From the NCBI GenBank assembly GCA_965246775.1, contig CBDFFL010000005.1:30947-94946 (forward strand): a stretch of DNA of 64,000 nt, in the 5' to 3' direction. A model generated the notes under the pieces. That model was given only the letters and a program-made list of their open reading frames with translations. It was not told the DNA's origin and made no database searches. Positions 1 through 8,705 of this stretch are shown piece by piece. The first letter of the stretch is position 1. The number at the start of each line of letters is the position of its first letter. Both the position numbers and the translations under genes were made by a program. Origin of the DNA: Bryobacteraceae bacterium (GTDB taxonomy: Bacteria; Acidobacteriota; Terriglobia; Bryobacterales; Bryobacteraceae).

Positions 1-355
1 CGATTTCGGGCTGCAGGCGGCGGTTCATCAGGGCCATTTGCAATTCGTATTCGTAGTCGGAGACGGCGCGGATGCCTCGTAACAGTACGGTGGCGCGTTG
101 GGCGGTCGCGTACTCTACCAGCAGGCCGTCGAAGGAGTCTACGGAGACGTTGGTGAGTCCCGTGACTGCTTCGCGCAACATCTCGGTGCGTTCTTCGGCG
201 GAGAATAGCGGCTGTTTGGCTTCGTTTCGCAGCACGGCTACGATGAGGCGGTCGAAGAGGCGCGCGCCACGGCGGATCAGGTCGAGATGACCGTTCGTGA
301 TGGGGTCGAAAGAGCCGGGGTAGATGGCAACGATGCGGCGGGGTGGGAAATCCAT
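1..355 (-). CDS. coaD: phosphopantetheine adenylyltransferase (start in window; 3' end runs off the left edge)
   Basis: Reverse translation from ATG (complement of 353-355) gives MDFPPRRIVAIYPGSFDPITNGHLDLIRRGARLFDRLIVAVLRNEAKQPLFSAEERTEML... The GSFDPxTxGH nucleotidyltransferase motif and overall CoaD-like sequence support the call. It is absent from the ORF track because the window edge truncates it. Confidence 0.85.
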   Translation of the reverse strand, partial: MDFPPRRIVAIYPGSFDPITNGHLDLIRRGARLFDRLIVAVLRNEAKQPLFSAEERTEMLREAVTGLTNVSVDSFDGLLVEYATAQRATVLLRGIRAVSDYEYELQMALMNRRLQPEI

Positions 356-511
356 TCGCTCGCCCGCAATTCTATCAAGCGGATTTGCGGGTGGGCTTAA
401 GGAGCTGGAATTTGCATGCATTTTTTGAACATCCGTCCAGCGGGGCGGGCATCAGTAAAGCGGGGGAGGCACAAGGCGAAAAGGCTTGTGCCACAATCAA
501 AGTATCCTGAA

Positions 512-1198
512 ATGAGTACTATCGCTGTCGGCCACCCGGCGCGCCGCGCCTTCCGGTTCTACGAATCCACTGTATTTAAGAAGGCTGTTATGGCTGTTAC
601 CGGGCTGATTCTTTTCGGCTTCGTGATTGGCCATTTAATTGGGAATTTGCAGGTGTTCGAAGGCAGGGAAAAGCTGGACGCCTACGGTCACTTTCTGCAT
701 AGTATTCCGGCGGCGCTTTGGACCGCGCGGATTGTACTGCTGGTCTCAGTGGGGTTGCATATTTCGATGACCGTGCAGTTGGTGCAGCTGAAAAATGCGG
801 CGCGGCCCATTGGGTATGTGAAGAAAGATAATTCGCATTCCTCGTATGCGTCGCGGACCATGTATTGGAGCGGGCCTATCATTCTGGCATTTGTGATTTA
901 TCACATTCTGCATCTGACGCTGGGGGTGGCGCGGCCGGATGGGTTTGTGGAAGGCAACGTTTACGAAAACGTGGTGGCGGGTTTCCAGAATTGGTTCGTT
1001 TCCGGCTTCTATATTTTCGCGATGGCGCTGCTGTGCATGCATCTGTATCACGGGGTGTTCAGCATGTTTCAATCGCTGGGCGCGCACCATCCGAACTACA
1101 CGCCGATACTGAAAAAGTTCGCGGCGATTATGGCGTTCGCGATTGCGCTTGGGAACATTTCCATTCCGGTGGCGGTGCTGGCGGGGTGGGTGAAGTGA
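512..1198 (+). CDS. sdhC: succinate dehydrogenase cytochrome b subunit (b558-type, multi-TM)
   Basis: ORF 416..1198. The internal ATG at 512 ([14 protein letters not shown]...) removes a basic non-membrane leader. The protein is hydrophobic with several His and lies directly upstream of sdhA/sdhB. Confidence 0.8.
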   Translation: MSTIAVGHPARRAFRFYESTVFKKAVMAVTGLILFGFVIGHLIGNLQVFEGREKLDAYGHFLHSIPAALWTARIVLLVSVGLHISMTVQLVQLKNAARPIGYVKKDNSHSSYASRTMYWSGPIILAFVIYHILHLTLGVARPDGFVEGNVYENVVAGFQNWFVSGFYIFAMALLCMHLYHGVFSMFQSLGAHHPNYTPILKKFAAIMAFAIALGNISIPVAVLAGWVK

Positions 1199-3108
1199 TT
1201 TTAAATTCGAAGATTCCGGCGGTTCCGGTGGAGCAGGCTTGGGACGACGCGCGCTTCAACATGAAGCTGGTGAACCCGGCGAACAAGCGGAAATATTCGG
1301 TGCTGGTTGTGGGGTCGGGCCTGGCGGGAGCGTCGGCCGCGGCTTCCATGGGCGAACTGGGGTACCAGGTGAAGTGCTTCTGCTTCCAGGGCAGCCCGCG
1401 GCGCGCGCATAGTATTGCCGCGCAGGGTGGCATCAATGCGGCCAAGAATTATCAGAACGATGGCGACAGCATCTATCGCCTGTTTTACGACACCGTGAAG
1501 GGCGGCGATTTTCGCGCGCGCGAAGCGAATGTTTACAGGCTGGCGCAGAACAGCGTCAGCATCATCGATCAGTGCGTGGCGCAGGGTGTGCCATTTGCGC
1601 GTGAATATGGTGGCACGCTTTCGAACCGGTCGTTCGGTGGCGCGCAGGTTTCGCGTACGTTTTATGCACGCGGCCAGACGGGGCAGCAGCTCTTGCTGGG
1701 CGCCTATCAAGCGCTGGAGCGGCAGGTTCATGCGGGCGCGGTGGACATGATTCCGTACAGCGAAATGCTGGACCTGGTTGTGGTGGACGGACGCGCGCGC
1801 GGCATTGTGACGCGGGATTTGCTGACGGGCAAGATTGAATCGCATGCGGCAGATGTGGTGGTGCTGGCGACCGGCGGCTACGGCAATGTGTACTATCTTT
1901 CGACGAACGCAAAGGGGTCGAATGCGACGGCGATCTGGCGGGCGCACAAACGCGGCGCGCTGTTTGCGAACCCCTGCTTTACGCAGATTCATCCGACGTG
2001 CATTCCGGTTTCGAGCGAGTATCAATCGAAGCTGACGCTGATGAGCGAATCCCTGCGCAACGATGGGCGGATTTGGGTGCCGAAGAATAAGGGCGAGAAG
2101 CGGTCGCCCGATCAGATTCCGGAAGCTGAGCGCGATTATTATCTGGAACGCCGCTACCCGAGTTTCGGCAACCTGGTGCCGCGCGATGTTGCCAGCCGCA
2201 ACGCGAAGACGGTGTGCGATGAAGGGCGCGGGGTGGGTCCGGGCGGCTTGGGCGTGTATCTGGATTTTTCAGAATCCATCAACCGGCTGGGGCGGCACAC
2301 CATTGAAGAGCGCTATGGAAATTTGTTCGATATGTATGAGCGCATCACGGGTGAAGATCCGTATCGCGTGCCGATGCGTATCTATCCGGCGATTCACTAC
2401 ACCATGGGCGGCTTGTGGGTGGATTACGAGTTGATGACCACGATTCCGGGGCTGTTTGCGCTCGGTGAGGCGAATTTTTCAGACCATGGCGCGAACCGTT
2501 TGGGAGCCAGTGCGTTGATGCAGGGTTTGAGCGATGGCTACTTCATTGCGCCTTATACGATTGGCAATTATCTGGCGAGTAACAAGCTGGAGAAGGTGAC
2601 GGCGGAGCATCCGGAATTTGTGAAGGTGCGCGCGGAAGTGGCGGGTACGGTCGAGAAGATGCTCGCGATTAACGGCAACCGGACTACGGCTTCCTTTCAC
2701 AAAGAGCTGGGCAAAATTGTTTGGGATGAGTGCGGCATGTCGCGCAGCGCGGCGGGTTTGCGGAGTGCGATTGAGCGGATTCGCGCGCTTCGGGAGGAGT
2801 TCTGGCGCAGCGTGAAAGTGGCGGGCGAGGCGGACGATTTAAATCCGTCGATTGAGGCCGCGGGCCGGGTGGCGGATTATTTTGAACTGGCGGAGCTGAT
2901 GTGCATCGATGCGCTGGCGCGCAATGAGAGTTGCGGTGGGCATTTTCGCGAGGAGTATCAAACGCCGGAGAATGAGGCGCTGCGTAATGACGAAGATTAC
3001 TCGTATGTGGCGGCTTGGGGCTATGGCGGCGCGGGCGGAGAGCCGGAATTGGTGAAAGAGCCGCTGACCTTTGAACGCGTGCATCCTTCGCAACGGAGCT
3101 ATAAGTAA
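1195..3108 (+). CDS. sdhA: succinate dehydrogenase / fumarate reductase flavoprotein subunit
   Basis: ORF 865..3108. The conserved part starts near GTG 1195, overlapping the sdhC stop. It has the FAD-binding motif [14 protein letters not shown], plus [12 protein letters not shown] and HYTMGG motifs. The 865-1194 extension overlaps sdhC in another frame and is not coding. Confidence 0.9.
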   Translation: MILNSKIPAVPVEQAWDDARFNMKLVNPANKRKYSVLVVGSGLAGASAAASMGELGYQVKCFCFQGSPRRAHSIAAQGGINAAKNYQNDGDSIYRLFYDTVKGGDFRAREANVYRLAQNSVSIIDQCVAQGVPFAREYGGTLSNRSFGGAQVSRTFYARGQTGQQLLLGAYQALERQVHAGAVDMIPYSEMLDLVVVDGRARGIVTRDLLTGKIESHAADVVVLATGGYGNVYYLSTNAKGSNATAIWRAHKRGALFANPCFTQIHPTCIPVSSEYQSKLTLMSESLRNDGRIWVPKNKGEKRSPDQIPEAERDYYLERRYPSFGNLVPRDVASRNAKTVCDEGRGVGPGGLGVYLDFSESINRLGRHTIEERYGNLFDMYERITGEDPYRVPMRIYPAIHYTMGGLWVDYELMTTIPGLFALGEANFSDHGANRLGASALMQGLSDGYFIAPYTIGNYLASNKLEKVTAEHPEFVKVRAEVAGTVEKMLAINGNRTTASFHKELGKIVWDECGMSRSAAGLRSAIERIRALREEFWRSVKVAGEADDLNPSIEAAGRVADYFELAELMCIDALARNESCGGHFREEYQTPENEALRNDEDYSYVAAWGYGGAGGEPELVKEPLTFERVHPSQRSYK

Positions 3109-3909
3109 ATGAACCTGACTCTGCATGTATGGCGGCAGCGCCGCTCGACGGAGAAGGGGAAGATGGTCCGTTATGAGGCGAAGGATCTGAGCCCGGACAT
3201 GTCTTTCCTGGAAATGTTGGACGTGGTGAACGAAGGGCTGATCCTGAAAGGGGAAGAGCCGATTTCGTTCGAGCACGATTGCCGCGAGGGCATTTGCGGG
3301 TCTTGCGGTTTCATGATCAATGGCGTGGCGCATGGGCCGGTGCAGGGGACGGCGGTTTGCCAGTTGCACATGCGGCATTACAAAGATGGCGATGTGCTGT
3401 ATCTGGAGCCGTTTCGCGCGCGCGCGTTTCCGGTGCTGAAAGATTTAGCGGTAGACCGGCGGTCGTTCGACAGGATTATTGCGGCGGGCGGATATATTTC
3501 GGTGCCCACGGGTAGCGCGCCGGATGGCAATGCGATTCCGGTGCCGAAGGATCGGTCGGACCGTTCGATGGATGCGGCGGCGTGCATTGGGTGTGGAGCT
3601 TGTGTGGCGGCGTGTCCGAACGCTTCGGCGGCGCTGTTCACGGGCGCCAAGATCACTCATCTGGGGCTGCTGCCGCAGGGACAAGCCGAGCGGCAGCATC
3701 GCGCGATGAAGATGGTGGAGCAGGGCAATCAGGAATTGTTCGGAAGCTGTACCAACATCGGCGAGTGCGAGGCGGTGTGTCCGAAAGAGATTCGGATTGA
3801 AGTGATAGCGGTGATGAATCGCGATTACTTGTTGGGTGCCTGGAAGAGCCGGGAAAGCTATCGGGACGATGTTCCGGCTGAGCTGCCGAGGGCCGGGGGA
3901 AAGACGTAG
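3109..3909 (+). CDS. sdhB: succinate dehydrogenase iron-sulfur subunit
   Basis: The ATG immediately follows the sdhA stop. Cys clusters [22 protein letters not shown] and [12 protein letters not shown] are typical of the 2Fe-2S / 4Fe-4S / 3Fe-4S subunit. Confidence 0.9.
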   Translation: MNLTLHVWRQRRSTEKGKMVRYEAKDLSPDMSFLEMLDVVNEGLILKGEEPISFEHDCREGICGSCGFMINGVAHGPVQGTAVCQLHMRHYKDGDVLYLEPFRARAFPVLKDLAVDRRSFDRIIAAGGYISVPTGSAPDGNAIPVPKDRSDRSMDAAACIGCGACVAACPNASAALFTGAKITHLGLLPQGQAERQHRAMKMVEQGNQELFGSCTNIGECEAVCPKEIRIEVIAVMNRDYLLGAWKSRESYRDDVPAELPRAGGKT

Positions 3910-3919
3910 CCCAAGTTGC

Positions 3920-3949
3920 AGACTTACATTACCGTGGTAATGTAAGTCT
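3920..3949. promoter_or_regulatory. perfect 14-bp inverted repeat (AGACTTACATTACC-gt-GGTAATGTAAGTCT) abutting the vapB start codon
   Basis: Read directly from the sequence. The arms are 3920-3933 and 3936-3949, and the vapB ATG is at 3950. It is a candidate antitoxin operator and/or a hairpin closing the sdh transcript. No T-tract follows. Confidence 0.5.
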
Positions 3950-4213
3950 ATGGGTGCAGCGAAATCGAAGGTTACGGCACAGGGGCAGATTTCAGTTCCA
4001 GTGGCGGTGCGTAAAAAACTTGGTATCGGGCCCGGTTCCGTTCTGCAATGGTATGAAGACGATGGCCGAATGGTGGTACGGCGGGCTGGCAAATATACCT
4101 TTCAGGACATTCACAAGATATTGTTCCCGGCTGGGCCGCCGGCATATCGAACAGACGCGGATTTGAAAGAGGGCATCGCTCAACATATGCGCGAAAAGTA
4201 TGCCCGCCGTTGA
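3950..4213 (+). CDS. vapB: AbrB/MazE/SpoVT-family antitoxin (VapB-like)
   Basis: 87 aa with SKVTAQGQISVPVAVRKKLGIGPGSVLQW, a SpoVT-AbrB looped-hinge-helix signature. It overlaps the downstream PIN gene by 14 nt. Confidence 0.8.
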   Translation: MGAAKSKVTAQGQISVPVAVRKKLGIGPGSVLQWYEDDGRMVVRRAGKYTFQDIHKILFPAGPPAYRTDADLKEGIAQHMREKYARR

Positions 4214-4580
4214 TACGAATGTTCTAATTCGGCTGATGGTGCGCGACGATCCTGAGCAGACTGAGGCCGCAGAGGCACTGATTTCGAAAGGTGCCTGGGC
4301 CTCGGTCTTAGCGGTCGCTGAAACTATTTGGGTTCTTCGATCTGTATACGGACATAGCTGGTCGCAACTTGCCATAGCTGTGGAGATGCTGCTGCAAATT
4401 GAAACTTTGTCCATCCAGGACGCAGATGTTGTCGAGGCTGCATTGGAACTCTTTCGCATGCGCCCCGCGCTTGGCTTTTCCGATTGCCTGATGCTGCAAA
4501 TGGCCAAGAGTTGCGGCAACCTTCCTCTTTTTACGTTTGACCGAAGCTTAGCCAAATGCAAAGGAGCTCAAGCTTTATAA
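4200..4580 (+). CDS. vapC: PIN-domain ribonuclease toxin (VapC-like)
   Basis: 126 aa. The N-terminal VDTNVLIRL carries the first PIN acidic residue, and downstream acidic residues and the C-terminal FSDCLML..TFD are PIN-like. It is paired with the AbrB-type antitoxin. Confidence 0.8.
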   Translation: MPAVDTNVLIRLMVRDDPEQTEAAEALISKGAWASVLAVAETIWVLRSVYGHSWSQLAIAVEMLLQIETLSIQDADVVEAALELFRMRPALGFSDCLMLQMAKSCGNLPLFTFDRSLAKCKGAQAL

Positions 4581-4859
4581 GTGTTTCACGAACGCACTAC
4601 GGAAGCGGTCCCGCTGCTCCGGCGACATTCGGTGTCTGCCACCCATCCGATGCGGGACCAAGCCTCGCAAGCCTCCGAACAATAGCCAGCTGAGCGCCAT
4701 TAACCCAACTGCCTGCCAGAAGGTAATGGGCCGCAGGCCGAAGATTTGCGGCACCAACCAATTCCATAGCTGTAGAACCGCTTGGCCGAAGCCGGCGATC
4801 CAGATTGTCAACAGCAATGCGATTCCGAAGATTTTTTTAACCCAATGTCCACGTCTCAT
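4575..4859 (-). CDS. small two-TM membrane protein co-transcribed with the ECF sigma factor (possible non-canonical anti-sigma/partner)
   Basis: 94 aa with two hydrophobic helices (IFGIALLLTIWIAGF, FWQAVGLMALSWLLFGGL) and a basic tail (HRMSPEQRDRFRSAF). Its start overlaps the sigma-factor stop (ATGA). Confidence 0.55.
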   Translation of the reverse strand: MRRGHWVKKIFGIALLLTIWIAGFGQAVLQLWNWLVPQIFGLRPITFWQAVGLMALSWLLFGGLRGLVPHRMGGRHRMSPEQRDRFRSAFVKHL

Positions 4860-5401
4860 GATTTTCTCCTGTAATGGTCTTGCAATTTGCTGCGAAGGTG
4901 GAGCACTGCATAGCGCTTGCGCGCCAACAGTGTGTTGATACCGATGCCGGTCTCCGCGGACAACTCTTTGAAGCTGCGGCCTTCCACTTCGTGAGCCAGG
5001 AAGACTTCGCGCTGCTCATCGGGAAGCTCATCGAGAGCGTTCTCAATGTCCTCGCGCAGCATTTCCTGCCGGTACAAAGCGTCCGGCCCTTCATCGGGGC
5101 TGGGCATCTCATCGAAGAACGATGGCTCATGCTGCCCCGCTTGGGCACCCTTCTTGCGAAAAGCATCGGTGATGCGATTCCTGACCACTCGAAACAGCCA
5201 GGCCCCGGCGTTCTCAATCGGCTTCATCAAGCGATAGGCAATCACCAGTTCGTAGAAGGCGTCCTGCAAAATGTCTTCTACATCGTTCCTATCGGCGACG
5301 TGTTTTTGAATGAAGCCCTTCAGCCGGTCGCGCTGCTCAGCGATTGCTTGCGTGGCGTGTTCGTCCTGGCCGCCGGATACCGGATTGAGCACTTGTTCCA
5401 A
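4856..5401 (-). CDS. RNA polymerase ECF-type sigma-70 factor
   Basis: 181 aa. Region 2 (DILQDAFYELVIAYRL..., AWLFRVVRNRITDAFRKK) and the region 4 HTH (LPDEQREVFLAHEVEGRSFKELSAETGIGINTLLARKRYAV) are recognisable. TTG start at 5401. Confidence 0.85.
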   Translation of the reverse strand: MEQVLNPVSGGQDEHATQAIAEQRDRLKGFIQKHVADRNDVEDILQDAFYELVIAYRLMKPIENAGAWLFRVVRNRITDAFRKKGAQAGQHEPSFFDEMPSPDEGPDALYRQEMLREDIENALDELPDEQREVFLAHEVEGRSFKELSAETGIGINTLLARKRYAVLHLRSKLQDHYRRKS

Positions 5402-5420
5402 CCTTCACCTCTGTAAACGA

Positions 5421-6638
5421 ATGAGAGAGGGATTTATTGTAAGCAAGTTTTGCGAATCGTCTACACTGGCCAAAGTGTCGCGTATTTTTCTCAGTTCCCT
5501 TCTAACCGTTCTTCTCCTGTTGAGTAGCCCCGGCTTTGCAAAATCGAAGCCGAAAAAGCGAGTCGCTAAGCCTGCTCCCGCACCGTTTCATAATCCGGTG
5601 GGTACGGAACCGCTGGCCGGGATGCCGGTGCTGCTCGATCCGAACGATTTGTATGCGGCGGACCGTCCGAACGCGCTCAGCCCCGTGGTTCAGAACTTTC
5701 CTTCTCGCGTGTATGTGCCGAACAGCGGCAGCAATAGCGTCGACGTGATCGATCCGAAGACGTACAAGGTGATCGATCATTTCGATGTGGGCAGGCAGCC
5801 TCAGCATGTGGTGCCCTCGTGGGATTTGAAGACGCTTTGGGTGCTGAACGATTTGGGCAACAGCTTGACGAAGATCGATCCCCTGACGGGCAAGAAGGGC
5901 GAGACGGTGCCTGTTGAAGATCCGTACAACATGTATTACACGCCCGATGGCAAGTACGCCATGGTGGTGGCCGAAGCCAAGGCGCGGCTCGATTTTCGCG
6001 ATCCCACGACGATGAAGCTGATCGCGTCGATACCGGTGCCCTGCAAGGGCGTGGACCATGTAGACTTTTCGCCGCGCGGCCGCTACCTGCTGGCGAGCTG
6101 CGAATTTTCAGGCAAGATTGTGAAGATAGATATCAAGGAGAAGAAAGTTGCTGGGCTGCTGCCGCTCGGGATGCGCAGGGCCATGCCGCAGGACGTGAAG
6201 CTTTCGCCGGACGGCAAGACCTGGTACGTAGCGGACATGATGAGCGATGGCGTGTTTCTCATCGACGGCGACAACTTGAAGGTGCTGAGTTTCATGCGCA
6301 CGGGCAAGGGCGCGCATGGGCTGTATGTGAGCCGCGATTCGAAATCGCTGTACGTTTCGAACCGCAGCGAGGGCAGCGTTTCCGTGATCGATTTCGCAAC
6401 GCGCAAGATTGTGCATACGTGGCGGATACCCGGCGGCGGCAGTCCCGATATGGGCGGCGTCTCGGCGGATGGCAAGGTGCTGTGGCTGGCGGGCCGCTGG
6501 CATTCTGAGGTGTATGCCATCAGCACGGAAGATGGAAAGCTGCTGGCGAAGGTACCGGTGGGGAAGGGTCCGCATGGGCTTTGCGTGTACCCGCAGCCGG
6601 GGCGTTATTCACTGGGCCACACAGGCATTTTCCGCTAG
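5421..6638 (+). CDS. secreted YVTN-family beta-propeller repeat protein
   Basis: ORF 5310..6638. The ATG at 5421 (or GTG 5475) precedes the signal-like LSSLLTVLLLLSSPGFA. Repeated ~40-aa units (YVPNSGSNSVDVIDP..., LWVLNDLGNSLTKIDP..., LYVSNRSEGSVSVIDF...) match the YVTN/YncE propeller pattern. Confidence 0.75.
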   Translation: MREGFIVSKFCESSTLAKVSRIFLSSLLTVLLLLSSPGFAKSKPKKRVAKPAPAPFHNPVGTEPLAGMPVLLDPNDLYAADRPNALSPVVQNFPSRVYVPNSGSNSVDVIDPKTYKVIDHFDVGRQPQHVVPSWDLKTLWVLNDLGNSLTKIDPLTGKKGETVPVEDPYNMYYTPDGKYAMVVAEAKARLDFRDPTTMKLIASIPVPCKGVDHVDFSPRGRYLLASCEFSGKIVKIDIKEKKVAGLLPLGMRRAMPQDVKLSPDGKTWYVADMMSDGVFLIDGDNLKVLSFMRTGKGAHGLYVSRDSKSLYVSNRSEGSVSVIDFATRKIVHTWRIPGGGSPDMGGVSADGKVLWLAGRWHSEVYAISTEDGKLLAKVPVGKGPHGLCVYPQPGRYSLGHTGIFR

Positions 6639-6664
6639 GTGTATCCTAAGTTTGAGCATCCGTT

Positions 6665-7873
6665 ATGACACACAAGATTCGAAATTTGGCTCTGTCAGCC
6701 GCCGCCGTTTTACTCTGTGCGGTTTCCGCCTCCGCACAGGTTTCCGCCCTGGAAGGCATCGTCAAAGGCGATGACGGCCAGCCCATCAAAGGCGCCATGG
6801 TGCACATCGAGCGCAAAGATATCAAGGGCAAGTATGACGTAAAGACCGATAAGAAAGGTCACTTCGGCCACTATGGTTTGCCGCTTGGGACCTACAAGGT
6901 CAGCGTGGAAGTGGATGGGCAGGTGAAAGACAGCGTCGATAACGTGAAGACCAAGCTGGGCGATCCGACGCCGCTGAATTTCGATCTGAAAGACCAGAAG
7001 AAGGAGCAGGCTGATCTGGCGAAGGCCGTGGAGACTGGAACGCTGAGTAAAGAGCAATCTCAAAAGATGACGGCCGAACAGAAGGCCGCGTTTGAGAAAG
7101 CGAACAAGGCCCGCGAAGCGGATATCGCGAAGAATAAGGCTCTGAACGATGCTTACAACGCCGGCAAGGATGCGCTGGCGGCTAAGCAGTACGACGTGGC
7201 CGTTGAGAATTTCAACAAGGCCAATGAAATGGATCCGAAGCAGAACGTGATCTGGGCGCAGTTGGCGGAAGCCTATATGGGTCAGGCCGCTTCGAAGACC
7301 GGTGCGGAAGCGGATGCTCCCCGGCAGAAAGGGCTGGAAGCTTATGCGAAAGCGATCGAGTTAAAGCCCGACGATCCGGCTCTGTTTAACAACTACGCGC
7401 TGGCGCTGGTGAAAGCCAAGAAGGTGAACGAAGCGCAGGACGCGCTGAACAAGGCTGCACAGTTAGACCCCCCGGGCGCGGTTCGGTACTACTACAATTT
7501 AGGCGCGGTGATGGTGAATGCGAATCAGAATGACGCTGCCGCAGAAGCGTTTAAGAAGGCCATTTCCTCATACGATCAGGCCAAGGCATCGGGTACGCCG
7601 CCGCCGGCCGACATCACCAAGAACTATGCGGAAGCCAGCTATCAGCTTGGCATCACCATGCTTTCGAAAGCCGCGACCGATCCGAAAACGGGCAAAGTGA
7701 CGCCGCTTCCGGGTACGGAGGAGACGTTCAACCGCTATCTGGAATTGCAGCCCACCGGCCAGTTCGCCGATGCCGCCAAAGGCATGTTGCAGATGATTGG
7801 CGGCACCATCGCCACCAATTATAAAAACCCGAACGCTCCTGAACCCGCAACGAAGAAGAAGGGCAAGAAGTAA
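6665..7873 (+). CDS. secreted protein with an N-terminal carboxypeptidase-regulatory-like domain and TPR repeats
   Basis: Signal peptide (ALSAAAVLLCAVSASAQ). A CarboxypepD_reg-like beta-sandwich segment (LEGIVKGDDGQPIKGAMVHIE...KGHFGHYGLPLGTYKV) is followed by TPR-like helices (AYAKAIELKPDDPALFNNYALALVK...). Confidence 0.7.
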   Translation: MTHKIRNLALSAAAVLLCAVSASAQVSALEGIVKGDDGQPIKGAMVHIERKDIKGKYDVKTDKKGHFGHYGLPLGTYKVSVEVDGQVKDSVDNVKTKLGDPTPLNFDLKDQKKEQADLAKAVETGTLSKEQSQKMTAEQKAAFEKANKAREADIAKNKALNDAYNAGKDALAAKQYDVAVENFNKANEMDPKQNVIWAQLAEAYMGQAASKTGAEADAPRQKGLEAYAKAIELKPDDPALFNNYALALVKAKKVNEAQDALNKAAQLDPPGAVRYYYNLGAVMVNANQNDAAAEAFKKAISSYDQAKASGTPPPADITKNYAEASYQLGITMLSKAATDPKTGKVTPLPGTEETFNRYLELQPTGQFADAAKGMLQMIGGTIATNYKNPNAPEPATKKKGKK

Positions 7874-7907
7874 TCGCGGTGATTTGGGAGCTGGGAGCTC
7901 CCCTGCC

Positions 7908-8216
7908 ATGCTTCGCTTCATAGTTCAGTTCTTCGCGTTACTGATTTTCTTTGCGGTGGCGCGTTCGGTGCTCACGTGGCTGGCGCGCATGGCGACCGGT
8001 TTCTTCCAGGCCGATGCCCAGCCGGAACAAGCTTCGGAACCTAACGCTTCGCGGCGGGATGAGTTACTGGCTTCGGCGGGAGAACTGCACAAAGATCCGG
8101 TGTGCGGCACCTTCGTTCCTGGCTCTTCCACGTGGACACGCAGCGTGGATGGACAGACCGTCTACTTCTGCTCCGCCGATTGCCGGGACCGTTTTCTGGT
8201 CTCCGCGCGACAGTAG
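7908..8216 (+). CDS. membrane-anchored YHS/TRASH-domain protein
   Basis: ORF 7797..8216 with a likely ATG at 7908. There is an N-terminal TM (FFALLIFFAVARSVL), and the C-terminal DPVCGTFV...YFCSADCRDRF is a YHS/TRASH metal-binding motif. Confidence 0.7.
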   Translation: MLRFIVQFFALLIFFAVARSVLTWLARMATGFFQADAQPEQASEPNASRRDELLASAGELHKDPVCGTFVPGSSTWTRSVDGQTVYFCSADCRDRFLVSARQ

Positions 8217-8228
8217 TTCCTCAACGCC

Positions 8229-8699
8229 ATGGGGCAGCTTTACAGCAGAGAAGATTTGGTTGCCGCGCGCGCCGTGTGGCGTTCGCAAGGCCGTACGGTT
8301 GTGTTCACGAATGGCTGTTACGACCTGTTGCATCCCGGCCATATACGTCTGCTGGAACGCGCGCGCGCCCTTGGCGATGTGCTGATTCTTGCGCTCAATA
8401 CCGATTCAAGCGTTCAGCGATTGAAGGGCCCCACGCGGCCACTGCTCTGCGAAAAGGAGCGCGCGGAAATTGCGTGTTCGCTAGCGGCAGTGGACGCGGT
8501 CACGCTCTTCGATGAAGACACGCCGCGTGAGCTGATAGCGGCGGCGCTGCCGGATATCTTGATCAAGGGCGCGGATTGGGCTCACTTCATCGCCGGTCGC
8601 GAAGAAGTGGAAGCGGCGGGAGGGCGCGTGATGGCGCTTTCGCTGGAGCCGGGCTATTCCACAACCGGTATTGTGGAGACAGTGCTCTCGCGAGCTTAG
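8229..8699 (+). CDS. rfaE2: D-glycero-beta-D-manno-heptose-1-phosphate adenylyltransferase (stand-alone RfaE domain II)
   Basis: 156 aa. TNGCYDLLHPGHIRLLERA carries the HxGH cytidylyltransferase motif, followed by LNTDSSVQRLKGPTRPL, as in the HldE C-terminal domain. Confidence 0.85.
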   Translation: MGQLYSREDLVAARAVWRSQGRTVVFTNGCYDLLHPGHIRLLERARALGDVLILALNTDSSVQRLKGPTRPLLCEKERAEIACSLAAVDAVTLFDEDTPRELIAAALPDILIKGADWAHFIAGREEVEAAGGRVMALSLEPGYSTTGIVETVLSRA

Positions 8700-8705
8700 C
8701 AAGCG

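Noticed and set aside
468-492. 8-bp hairpin (GGCACAAG-n9-CTTGTGCC) in the sdhC 5' leader
   Set aside because: It is short, has no flanking conserved context and could arise by chance. It is not enough to call a regulatory element.
865-1194. N-terminal 110-aa extension of the sdhA ORF
   Set aside because: It overlaps sdhC in a different frame and has an Arg/Gly-rich non-protein-like sequence. The conserved SdhA sequence begins at GTG 1195.
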